Shown here piece by piece: positions 27,440 through 39,764 of a DNA stretch of 64,000 bases. Below the pieces are notes generated by a model that saw only the letters and a program-made list of their open reading frames with translations, searched no databases and was not told the origin of the DNA. The stretch is from Camelus dromedarius (Eukaryota): the NCBI RefSeq assembly GCF_036321535.1, contig NC_087436.1, positions 17,856,001 to 17,920,000 on the forward strand, read 5' to 3'. The position numbers were made by a program, and so were the translations under genes. Numbering within the stretch: position 1 is the stretch's first letter; each line of letters starts with the position of its first letter.

Positions 27440-27754
27440 GGGTAGGAGTAGGAGAAATGGGGTCAGAAGGTACAAACTTCCAGTTATAAAATAATTAAGT
27501 CCTGGGGATAGAATGTACAGCATGGTGACTAGAGTTAATACTACTGTAGTGCACATTTGAAAGTTGCTAAGAGAGTAGATCTTAAAAGTTATCAAAAGCA
27601 AAAAAAATTGTTAACTATGTAAGGTAGTGGATGTTAACTAGACTTATAATAATGTGGTGATCATTTCATAATATATACAGGTATCATGTTGTATACCTGA
27701 AACTAATATAATGTTATATGTCAATTATACCTCTATTTAAATAAAAAAAAAAAA
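27440..27754 (+). mobile_element. L1MA9-like 3' end with TSD
   Basis: aggtacaaacttccagttataaa...gaaagttgctaagagagtagatcttaaaagtt...poly(A); TSD cagaatttagga at 27428-27439 and 27755-27766. Confidence 0.9.
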
Positions 27755-27850
27755 CAGAATTTAGGACTAAGTAAGTAAGTTACTTTCCTTGGAACATTTT
27801 ACCATGAACTAATTTAAGCTATGGTAGTTAAAAAGAACACCTAGATGATC

Positions 27851-27876
27851 ATATATATATATATATATATATATAT
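27851..27876. repeat. (AT)n microsatellite
   Basis: 13 uninterrupted AT units. Confidence 0.95.
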
Positions 27877-27908
27877 GTATTTTTTTTAGGGTGTGTGCTC
27901 AGAGATGC

Positions 27909-28132
27909 TTTTTAAAAATTTTTTAACATCTTTTATTGAGTTATAGTCATTTTGCAATGTGTCAAATTCCAGGGTAGAGCACAATTTTTCAGTTATACAT
28001 GAACATGCGTATATTCATTGTCACATTTTTTCCACTGTGAGCTACCACAAGGTCTTGTATATATTTCCCTGTGCTATACAGTATAACCTTGTTTATCTAT
28101 TCTACATATGCCTGTCAGTATCTACAAATTTT
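27909..28132 (-). mobile_element. Young lineage-specific L1 3' end
   Basis: ttttaacatcttttattgagttatagtcattttgcaatgtgtcaaattccag...atatttccctgtgctatacagtataa. Confidence 0.88.
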
Positions 28133-28569
28133 GATTATCATATATTTTTACATGAAGTTTAAATATAAATGGGAAGTGTATTTCAATTTTAATGATATAT
28201 TTTCAGTTGGCACTTTATAATCTCAATTTATAAAATACGAACCTAGAAATAGACTTCTTGACTTAATAATCAGAGATAATTATTTAGGTAATTCTTTGAA
28301 AAATGGAAATAACAGTTAAAATGTACTTACTGTAACTGGAGAAATGTTCCATCTGAAATACTGGAGTGTAGGTTTACAAGTTTTGAGAAAAACAACATTG
28401 TGGCAGTCAAAATAAGGGTGGAGGCTAGTGGATAAATCCTTGGGAATGTACAGCTACCCCTGAAGGCAGCAACCCAGCAACCCCTGGGTTATTAAAATTA
28501 GGTTCCAAATAGTTCATGGTCCTGAACAGCTTATGGCCCATGATAAGGAAAAACACTCTCATCGAGAAA

Positions 28570-29245
28570 GAAGAGAAAATATAAATGGCTAATAAACGTA
28601 TGAAAAGATGTTTTATCTCACTCTCAAAGAAATATAAATTAAGACTGTAAGAATCTGTTGCTTGCTTTCCATATTGATAACAATTTTAAAATAAGTTACT
28701 TTTTTTTTTTTGAAATGACAGATGCAGTTATGCTTCTAATGAGGTACAAACCTGGATGTCTTTTCTGGAAAGCAGTTTGGCAATGTATTAAGAGCCTCAT
28801 TGGCTTACTCCTTGACCCCGTATCTCCACTTCTAGGAAACTATCTTAAGGGAATAATGAAAAATGTGGACAAACATTTGTAAAGATTCACTGCAGTGTTA
28901 GCAAGACCAAGAAGACAACAGCTAATTGGGGAATTAGTAACAAAGTTTGGTACATTCCTATTATTTGGGACTTTATAGTTATAAATATTTAAAATATTTT
29001 CTAATAACTCTCAAGAAATAGGAAAGTATGGAGTGGAGAAGCAGAGTGTAAAATAATCAATACAGCATGATCTTTTCATATATCCATATATATAAAATGT
29101 ACATTTTTAGATGTATTCACAGATGAAATAGATTTATAGATGAAATATACTATTTCTCGGGGTGGAGCTATTATGTGATTTCATTTTTCTTAACACCTTT
29201 TTATTCTCTGTTATCTACAATTAGTCTACTGTTTTTACAATCAGG
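28570..29245 (+). mobile_element. Degraded L1ME-type fragment
   Basis: aaatggctaataaacgtatgaaaagatgtt...ctggaaagcagtttggcaatgtattaagagcct...ccacttctaggaaactatc. Confidence 0.7.
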
Positions 29246-30664
29246 AAATTAAATAGTTAAAACAGCTGCCCTTTTATAAGCAAAGATACTAGCTAGCATT
29301 TAAAAAAATATATATTCTTTACATTGTAAACTTCTTATGGATGATTTGATTATTTCAACTGAGTAAAAATGACTGAGTTTGATGCTTTGGAGTATAAAGA
29401 ATATGGTATGCTATCCTGCTTCCAGGATTATAAAACCTGGTGGGAGAGACGAGATAAAACTCTGCTGAAAATCCTACAAGTAAGTTCTCTTGAGTGTCCA
29501 GAACCTACCTCTATAGTTATATTAAAATAGAAGCGAGAAATCTAGTTTGTGTTATAACTACCCAATACCTAGCAGTGATCAATAGAAGGACTAATTTTGA
29601 TCCCTTACTCTAATTCATTGAGGCCTGGTCTGACCCATCTGTGATGACATGTTATATACCCTGCCCCTCTCCCCTTTCCATGTTTAGATTAAAACTTAAA
29701 AAAAAAATTTTCTTACAGGTGTGAGTCCCTGCTAGTTCATATGAGACAGCTAATAAAGGAATCGTCTCATTTTTTAGCTAGGGATATGAATTTGGCCACA
29801 TGTAAGCTTGTCTCCTGCTCAGCACAATAGCAGAAGGAGGGAGGATTCTCTTAAATTTTTTTTTTTTTAATCTAAAAGTGGTGGCTTCTTAGTTTTCAGA
29901 AAGTCATTACTGAGGGCCTGTCCCCAAGTTGTTGGACTTCCCTTTATGTCAATTTGCTAATATAAATTGTTTAGAAGAAAATATTCTAATATTCGTGTTA
30001 ATATTCTAGATCGAACACTTAAGTAGTAGGTAAGCAGTGATGGAGCAAGGATGTTGATCTGCTGTAGAAGTCAAGTGTGGCATTTTATAACACTGTAGTA
30101 ATACTAAAATAGTGAAGAGGGCTGCTGTCTAATATAAAACTGGGATGGTGAACTAATTTCTTTAGAAGGATGTATTCCCAGTGAAGTGGGACCTCTGATA
30201 GATTTGAGTGATTTACATTCATTTAGATTCATTATGTGCATATGCTTGCAAATCATATTCTAGAACTATGAAAAAGATATTTGGCATGCTTGGAAGTCTG
30301 GTGAAATCCTGTCTGTCAGTGGTAATTTATGCAGACTTTAACACTGTTTTCTTTGAAGAATAAGCTGTTTAATGAATGGATCAATACAATTGCACAAAAG
30401 TAAACCATCCAATCAAAACTAATTATATGTTTGGGAGGCATGATAAAAATCATTTTAATATGGGAAACTAGGTGAAAAGAGATACATATTTGGGCCCCAT
30501 ATGCCGTTTATGGCCGTAGACTCTGATTTGAACCTTCTTTAGTTGAATAAAATATAGTCATGTGAACTCTGTGTGCAACAGGGTTTTTGCTGTTGTTGCT
30601 CGTAGGCTTTATTTGTCCTGTGTTACAGATAGCATCTTCCTGACAGACATCTCTGACTTAGATT

Positions 30665-30910
30665 ACTGTGTAGTGGCGGGGATGGAAATTGCACTGACTT
30701 AACATTTGCCTTCTGGTTCTGGATGGCTATTAGTACTGTGACTGTGGGAAAGTTATTAATTTCTGAAAGCCTCAGTTTCCTTGTTTGTGAGAATCGACTT
30801 AATTCATTTGGGGGGATTGTAGGGAAGAAATGAAAAATACAGTCAGAGTCCTTAGCATATCCTTGGCACATCTGTAAATGTGAACTGTGCAGATGGTTGC
30901 CGTTATTTAA
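30665..30910 (+). mobile_element. MIR SINE
   Basis: ctgtgactgtgggaaagttattaatttctgaaagcctcagtttccttgtttgtga...cttagcatatccttggcaca. Confidence 0.7.
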
Positions 30911-31446
30911 TTAAGGTATGTATTTTTTTTTAATTCCTTGGTACTACGTTTTCTTAGACTAAAACATGGAAGTCCAATAATTATGCAACTTAACTTCACA
31001 TCTCCCTGAGACTGTCAACTGTCAGATTTCAACACAGAGATATGTATCTGTTTGGTGTTTTCCAGATCGCACATCCCGATGGTCAAGAAATCGAAAGTTT
31101 TTTTCTTAATGATTATTTTATATAATAATGACTTGTCTTACTCTAACAGTCTTAGCGTTTAATATTTGAAAAATCCTGACTGTCAGTACTTAGGATCCTC
31201 TCAGTCAAGATCCCTGGTTCAGTCTTTCGGTGACTTCCCATTGCCCTTAGGAGAAAAAGTCCAAACTTTAACCTTCTCTCTCACAGCACTCTCTCTGCTG
31301 AATTTCTTCCAAGTTTTCCATCATCTTTGGGCAGTCTTCCCTGCATCCCTGCCAGCCACACAACCTCCTTGCTCCTCATGTACACCTGACCTGTTAGGAC
31401 TTCAGGGCTCAGCTTGCCCTCTTCTCCATTAAGAAGGCATTCTGGA

Positions 31447-31524
31447 GGGGGTGGTATAGCTCAGTGGTAGAGTACATGCTTAGCATGCATGAGGTCCTGG
31501 GTTCTATCCCCAGTACCTCCATTA

Positions 31525-31554
<30 letters not shown>
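31447..31554 (+). mobile_element. tRNA-derived SINE (camelid Vic-1-like) inserted in an L2 remnant (about 31200-31750)
   Basis: gggggtggtatagctcagtggtagagtacatgcttagcatgcatgaggtcctgggttctatccccagtacctcc, A18 and (gaaaa)n; 16-bp degenerate TSD at 31431-31446 and 31555-31570. Confidence 0.93.
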
Positions 31555-31559
<5 letters not shown>

Positions 31560-32150
31560 GGTGTTCCAGACTCTGTGACCTTCAGTTCTCCTTCTGTATC
31601 TTATTGCTTCTCTATCAAGCATATATGTTATCAGTACTATGATTCTCAGTCCTACCACTGTTTGGTCATTTTGTATTACTTGTTTCACTGTCCTCCCTTC
31701 TAGGACACATGCCACATGAGGACAGCACTTTGTCTCTCTTGCACGTTCTTCTCTTACTGTGATTATTAGCATTTGGAAGTCAGAAACCTCGGAGCTGGAG
31801 AGTAGCGACAAGGGCTGCCAGGGGCTGGGGGACTTGGCACCTGTTGGGCAGCTGTTATACCGGCAGATGTGCACACAGGTGCCTCACGGCCTGCCCTTGT
31901 ATGAAGCAGGAGCTTCCCTTTAAAGACCGTCTCTAACTTCCCATGAGAAACCTTGCATTTGTAAGATGCTTTGGAATTCCAAAGGTCTCTCAAATTTTTG
32001 TTAATACAGAGCATTCAAACTTTGCTGGAAAGAGGCAGAGTCTTCTTAGTGTAGGTAAAGTCCAGTTGTAACTAGTTCAAGAACTAGTCAGTATTTCATT
32101 GCAGTGGGAATTTTCTTAAACTTGGTAATGCCAGAAGTGAAATCCCGCTT

Positions 32151-32636
32151 AAGAAATGTGTGTGTGTATACACAAACACACACATACACGTGATGGAATA
32201 TTACTTGGCCATAAAAATAGTAAAATCTTGCCACTTGTGGCAACGTGGATGCACCTAGAAGGTATTATGCTATGTGAAATAAGTCAGAGAAAAATCAAAT
32301 ATTTATGCTTTCACTTACATGTGAAATCTAAAAAAAATAAATCAACGAACAATTAAACAGAAACAGGATTGTAGATCCAGAGAACAAACTAGTGGTCATC
32401 AGAGAGGAGAGGGGCGGGGTTATGGGTGAAATGGTAAAGCGAGTTAAGAGGTAAAGTACGGATGCAAAGCACAGCATAGGGAACAGAGTTGCTGATACTG
32501 TAATGACTTTGTATAGTGACAGATGTTTATTAGACTTATTGTGATCATTTTGTAATGTATACAAATATCCGTCACTGTGTTGTACACCTGAAACTAATAT
32601 AATATTTTAAGTCATTATACTTTGATTGAAAAAAAA
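32151..32636 (+). mobile_element. L1MA-type 3' end
   Basis: atggaatattacttggccataaaaa...gcaacgtggatgcacctagaaggtattatgctatgtgaaataagtcaga...tgtacacctgaaactaatataat...poly(A). Confidence 0.88.
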
Positions 32637-35600
32637 TGAAGTCCCTCTCCGGGGAAGAAATAATTGAAGCCTTTGCTTTGCGCCTCTGTTGTGAATGTGT
32701 CCGTAGGAAGAGCTGATGGGGTGCTGTGGCTGCTGGTGGTGGACAGGTCTGTCTTGAGTCGACTCTCCCTTGCCTGGTTCCAGTTTGTGTGTGTATGTGT
32801 GCTGCGCGTGTAGTTGGTGAAAGATTTGTAGGATACTTTCACTGTTGGGAGTTTGAGGAGAGAAGGGTGTCGGCTGTAGGTCATGGTCCTCATGTAGCCT
32901 TGTGGTGACAGTAGTGTATCTCTCTATCAAAGGCATATTGCATGTCAAATTGTCATTGATATGATTTGTTATTTCCATGTGCTGAGTTTTCTTTAAGCAA
33001 AAATAAGTCTGTTTTGGGTTTTGGATATTATATGTGCAGAAGACAATTTCTAAAACATTACTAACTTATTAGAAATTAATCTCCAAGAATATAAAAGATT
33101 TGAAACTTAACAGTTCATTGACTTTGTATCCAGAAACAATTTGCTAAAAAAAAAAAAAAATCGAATACATGTATTTGGAACCATTTAATTCCTCATATGC
33201 ATTTTAGTTGATAAGCTTAGAAGATTCTGCTAAATATATGCTTTTATTTCTGGTTATTTTCAGTCAGTTCAATTTGATTAGAATTTTTTCCTTCAGGTAA
33301 CATTCTGAGAAGGAAATATTGCAAATAATTGTGAATGTGAGTGAAAAACATTACATAGACTTTCATCATTTACTGAAAATATGCCCCTAAGTACATTCTC
33401 TCCTTTTTTATTATTTTTTATGCTTTGGTATTATGTTTTAGAATCATGTTATCATTTTCCTTCCAAAAATTCATCAAGATCCATGTATATTAGTTTGAAT
33501 TTGAATTTCTAGGTGAGATGGTAGATCATAAGTGTTAGAAAATGATTTCTTGAAATTAACAGCATTATGCTAGTGTCATACTTATGTGTGGCTGGAGATC
33601 TGAAATATTTTCTCTATGCATTTTTGTCCACAGATACTTCCCTTCCACATGCCCTCCCACCAAACAAAATACAAAACAAAGGCTCTGGGATCCTTGAGAT
33701 AATCTTTGGGCAATAGCAAAATTTGGACTGTTTAATATTAGTCTACCTCATTTAATAAATGTGTTCTTAGTCCTCTTTTGTGAACTTAAGTTCCATATGT
33801 CATATTTCAAGTTTATTCAGAAGAATTTAATTTTAAATTCTTTGGAATCCTAGAGAAAAATATTATCTAATGTCAATAATCAGTGAATAATTTCTGTTTT
33901 GAAATACAAACTCGAGTTTTCAGTTATTTTATGCAGCTATACCAGGTTTTAAGCCTGAGCTATAAAATGAAGACAAATTAGACATGAATTTATATTTGAC
34001 AAAATAGTTGCAAGTTGAAAGCATCAGAATTACAGATTTTTGAAATCAAATATATTTGAATTTAAAATCTGACCCAGCTTTCTGAGCCTGAGCAAAATAT
34101 GTAAGTACTTTGACTCTTGGCTGTCCACCCAAGAAATGAGGATGATACTTAACCAAAAAGAGTAGACAAATAAAGATGTAAAGTGTGTTGTAGAATGTGA
34201 AAGTATATAAGCTTAACAAATGATCACTGGCCTCCTTTTGATAAACAGTTCCCCTGGTACATTTAACATAGAAAGTATATGAAAGAGAACTTGCAATGTT
34301 TTGGCGTTTGAAAAGACTTCAGAAAATATACCTTCACTTAAAACATAAAGAAACTGGTTATCAGAGGAGGTATTAAAAGTGCTCATATTTTTAGTCTTGA
34401 ACTTCTACACTGCTGCTTGCTTTCTACTCCATATTATTTAGAACATTTATATTTGCAAACTACTGTGATCAAACCTAGTACAGTAAAAAGTTTGTCTTAA
34501 TTTCACGGCCTCAGTTTGCAGCCAGTATCTGGCTCTTCATAAAAGTGTGTTTCTTGAAGAATGAGAGTAATTTCTAAAGAATATTCTGACATAAAATTGA
34601 GTGACATCATATAGAGAGGGCAGATGTTGAAATCCACCAGAAGGAGATATTTTTTTTCCCCAGTCAGTAAAAAATAGAACATCTCCCTAAATTTCTATTT
34701 TCCTTTGGGCCTGATCACCTTGCTTTCAGCATCTGCCTACTTTCTAACGGAAGATTTCCCTTTTAGAGCCAGGAGGGATTTAATCCATAATGGTATTATT
34801 ACCCAGTAAATGGAAAGCAGACCATAAAAGAGTATAAAGAATTAAGAGCTGGTGGAATAGAGAGACCTCTTTGGCTTTGCTTTTCAGCATCCACTATCTT
34901 ACTTGGATCTAAAATAGTAATTTACTGAACTATGTATGCAGTTGAAGCTTTATAGTAAAATGAGAGAGGAAGTCTAAGGATTTCGTACTATAGATTATTT
35001 TTGTGATTTCAATTTTGTGATTAAACTCTTTGCGTGATACTCATTTTTTCTTTTAGCTTCCTCAAGTGATTAAAAATTATTTCAAGTGCTTTATTATAGA
35101 TTATATTTTTAAAATCTGTATATATGTATGTATAAACATACATACAAATATATACATGAAATAACTGAAAAATTATATAGAGTAGAAAGTTCCCTATTGC
35201 TCCCCACTACCGAAAAATCCCCCTCAAAATTAAAAGAGCCACTATTTGGTATATAACCTTTCAGAGATTTCTCAACGTTTTTTACCAGTTACTTGTTTGT
35301 CTGCAACTACCATTTTTAAGTTATTGGTAAATTTTGGACTTATTTCCATGTCAGGAAGGCCTGTTAAGCCTGTTTTGTTTTCCATTGTATATGTGTTTCT
35401 GTCTTCAAAACTTCAAAAGAAATAGATTTGAGGCATGTATTCCTTCATAAAATAAATATTTATTGAATGCTTATCATTTGCCAAATGGGTACTATGGACA
35501 TTGAAATAAAGATATAGCTCTGTGACCTCAAAGATTTATATAGTGATTTTGTGTGTGTCCATACACAAAACTAGTATAACTTTTGAAGATACTTTCTAAT

Positions 35601-36414
35601 TGCAAATTTAGGAAATCTTACTCAAGACGAGTCCAGTGACTTAGGATCTCTACTTTAGTCTCTGAGGTGCCTCCCTGCCAGACACTTCATGTGAATTTTA
35701 TGTCTACCACAAAACCGGAAACCCAGTAAATATCAGCTTATTGATTTGAAGATAACAGTGTCCCGGCCAAATAGTTCATATTCACTTATCATCTGCTGTG
35801 ATGTAGATTACTGGTGATGTTTCTCTTATTAAATAGATGGCTTTGCTATTAACAGCTTTACCTTGATTAGCTCCTCCTTTTCCATCTCCAGTTATTCCTA
35901 GCTCAGAATAATTACTGAAACGTCATGTAGTTTGGCAGTTTATCAGGTATTCAAAACCCAGAAGGTAATTGTGGTCTGCTGTTCATAAGACTTGGTACTA
36001 TACGTGGAACACCGACCACTCCTCTGGGCTAAGATTAAACAGTTGCTTATGGCCTGACACCGAGCCCCATTTTGAATAGTTCCATACTTGAAAAATACAA
36101 GGTTTGGTATTAAAAAGTAAGTGAATAATAACATAGTAAATTATGGCATGGCATTCAGTGGAATAGTGTGTTGCCATTTTAACATAATGATAAAGCTCAT
36201 GCAAGTACAGTCAGTGTTCACTACAACCAACAGCAGAATAATCTTGCATGTATGCTGAGTATAAATAGTCATCCCAAGACAGTTACACACAGCTCAGTGG
36301 GGAGAGTGGGCAGGCTGTTTTAAGGAACTGGAAGTGGTCCTGGATGGAAGACTGCAGCGTGGGGTTTGAGCTGGGCAGCGTGGTGAGAATAACCGTGGAG
36401 AGATAAGAGGAGAT

Positions 36415-36830
36415 GGCTTATCTTTGCCATCCTCACACATATTTGTTCTCTCTTCCTAGAACGCTCTTCCCCTGTCTTTTCCTGCAGCTGCTTCACATCT
36501 TCTCAGACTGGCTCAACCCACCCCCTAGTAAAAGACCTTCCCCAAACACACTCCAAACTCCTCAGCCTCCTCCAGACAGACAGACAGACAGACACACGCA
36601 CGCACACACACACGCACGCGCACACTCTCTCTCTCTCTCTCTCACTCACTCTCTATCCCACCCTATGTGTGTGTCTCTCTTAACTTATCATAGTTGGTGA
36701 TCATTGTGAAGTTCTTAACTGCTTGTCTCCCTAATAAAGTGTAAACACCACGAGAGCAGGGATTCTCTGTCTTTACGGAGATACGGCTGTTACACGTGGC
36801 ATATTCAGGAAATATGCCTCATCTGGAGGA
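36415..36830 (+). mobile_element. L2 3' remnant containing a compound microsatellite
   Basis: cttgtctccctaataaagtgtaaacaccacgagagcagggat...ggcatattcaggaaatat. Confidence 0.6.
36574..36653. repeat. Compound microsatellite (CAGA)n-(CA/CG)n-(CT)n-(CTCA)n
   Basis: Read directly from the sequence. Confidence 0.95.
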
Positions 36831-39764
36831 ATCGGGAGTTTGACCTCTCATCCCAGCACGATTCCTTGCTACCTGTGCGGCTCTGGGCAGATTATTTAAC
36901 TTTTTGAGTCTGTTTTTCTCATGTCTGAATTTAGAACAGTTAAACCTTAGGTTAGGTCACATAATGTGGCCAAAGGTGTGACCAGTATGTCTCAGTAGCA
37001 TGTCTGAGCTTGTGGCCCACTGCCCAGACCTGACCTGACTGGCCCAGGCCATGTACATCTTCGGTGGCAGAGCCAGGATCAGGACCCAGGACCCTCTGGC
37101 TCCAAGAGCTTTCATATTTTCACCGCACAGGGCTGCCTGGAATGGGATCCTGAGGAAAGCCCGTAGCCGCCCGGGTCAGGAGAGGGGCTGCTGGGCTCCG
37201 CCTGGCGGGCAGGCCTCGGGGGACTTGGTGGGGGCTGGTCCCCGTTGGTATTTCCAGCCGTGGCTTCCAGGAGGGATATTCAGGGAGAAGCGGGGCTTTG
37301 GAACGTGGTTTATAGTCCATGCGGTAAAATAGCAAAGGAGCTGTTCAAACTATAAATTTCATAGGGTACATGTGGGTGGATACTGGAACTTCCAGGGTGC
37401 ATTTGTAAATGGTAGTTTATATTTAACACTTCAAACCTTTGAATCCCTCAAAAAGAAGGGTTCTTAGAGGCCTAACAGGGAAAAACAAAACCCATCAACT
37501 TCTATAAATGAGTTGTCTTTTATATGCAGAAGTAGGGACTAGGGAGAACTACATTCTCTTTTGTAATGTATTTATGTTGTAAGGAAAAGTTTAGAAAGTT
37601 AATGAAAAGATTAAAAATTGCTTTAAAATTATTCAAAGTTCATTAGAGTATATTAAGTTTTCAGCTAATCAAGACTAAATTTTACTCTATGGAACACCTT
37701 CAAATGAGCTATTGTGTGATTTCTAAATAAATTAAAAATATTTTTTAGTGCCTACAGTGTTTCCTAAGGAGGTGGTTCTATGGAAACCTGTTTCCAGAGA
37801 CTTAGACGTTTTTGTCCTATGTTATCATTTAGGTTGAAAAATACCAAATTTATGGTATGAGAGTTATGCTTCCTTTTTTATAGTTTAATGAAACTTCCCA
37901 TCAACTTACTCCGTTAACTGTGGAAGGAAAATAATCTTTTTCTTTTTTTTGCAATTAAATCCAAGTAAGGCTTCAGTTATTTTTCTCAAGTCTGTTAGTG
38001 AGAGGTGCTTAGTTATACAATGTTGAGGGTAATATAGATGTATACAGAATGGCTGGATATAAATTTTTGACAAATTGCCTTGAACTTTTAATGGATAAAA
38101 ATGAAGAAACTCTGCCCCAGGGAAAACATAACCATTTCAAGTTTTATTACTCGTAAGTACTAACATATGAGTGTTTAGTCTCTGTTTTTATATGTAATTT
38201 ATTTTATGTGCTGCTTCATATTTATATGATGTATCGTGAAATATTGCATATGATATGTTCAGTACAACTTTGGCGTTGGGATTGTTCCAGAGAGCTGAGC
38301 GTTTGCTTAAAATTCAAGACTGTTTTGTTTTAGACATTTGGAATCGAAGTCTGTCTAAAATAAATTGCCCGTTTTCCTGTCTTCTTAAATAGATTGCACT
38401 GAGCAAGAACCTTTCCTTGATGAATGATCAGACTCTGGTTTATTTTAAGCTCCTTGGGAGCTTAGTTGCTCTTGTAAATGTACTAGAACGCCTTACCCCT
38501 GATCTGACTACCACCCTGCCTGCTAGTAAGTACTCTGAGGGCAGGGTTAGCATCGTTCGGGGTGAACCCCTGGCGTGGCACGGGGTCTGCTGTTTTAGTT
38601 GAATGAATGAAACTCTTACACCCAAATAGGAAGCCCTTAGTACCAGCAGATAGATTTCGTGTACTTTGCCGTCGAAATCAGTGACCTCAGACTGCTGTCA
38701 CTGCTTACTGTTGGGGGCTGTAATCTTGCCTGGCACGTGGAGCTCATCCTAAATACCTTTTTAGCTTTTGCCATGAGTCTGGAAAAGGTGCTTGAGTCCA
38801 GTTCAGCATCCTGTACCGTGAGGACAAATAAGCTCTTAAGTAAGAGCCTGACTGAGTCTCACTGCGCAGGAGTGCTTTCGGCACTTGCATTTTGGCTCAT
38901 TACAGAGGCCTGCTTTTCATAATTCTTCTGCTATTGACTTCAGTCCTTTTCTTTTGAGAAATGCATCTGTGGGGGGGAGGGGGCTGGGACAGCCCCTGTG
39001 GCACAGCTGTCATCCCACAACTCCTTGTTGCCACTCCCCCCCAACCTCGGCAGGATCTTTAACTGATACCAAGTTTCCAAAACTTGGGATGTGAGGACTC
39101 AGCTGGGGGGCTTATCTCACCCGCTGCTGCTCCATCTTTTCCACCAAGTACCCCGTCATGTGGTAGAAGAGAAGTGCCCACCGTAGAGGATTTAGGGGTA
39201 TATCCCAGGCCATGAGCTACAAGAAAAAAAGTTCCATGGAGTTTTACATTTTATCTTAAAAAAAGTAGTGCCAATTTAGAATCTGTACATAGTATATTCA
39301 CATTTATCTTAGTATAAAACAATATTTTAAATAACTAGTAGAAAAACATTTTATCTACACACACATATGCAGATACATTTATGTACATATCCTCTTTGTT
39401 TTCAAGTGTCATATAGTCTGACCCCCCAACCCCTGCCAGTGTGCACCTGTGTGCATACAAGTGCGTGCGTGTGTGCGCGCACGCACGCACACACACACCC
39501 CTTCCAGAAGTGGGGATAAATTTATGTGTTGAACAGAACTTTGCCCTTATTTTTTTCTTTTAGGTTATCTGGGTTCGGGGATGATGTGTGCCTGTGTATA
39601 TGTCCTAGGTTATATTTTGACATCTTTTTTTTAGATCAGGGGAAATGTTAAAGAATGACCATTCTGTTTATTTATAAACAGGGTGAAAAGAAAAAACACA
39701 GTCATACTGATTATCTATCATATTGAGAACTCTTGAGGGTGAGACAGGTTTATTTCCACCCCAC

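Noticed and set aside
38971..38990. G-runs here and near 8880, 19953 and 40345 as G-quadruplexes
   Set aside because: Marginal tract number or loop length and common in mammalian introns; no further support.
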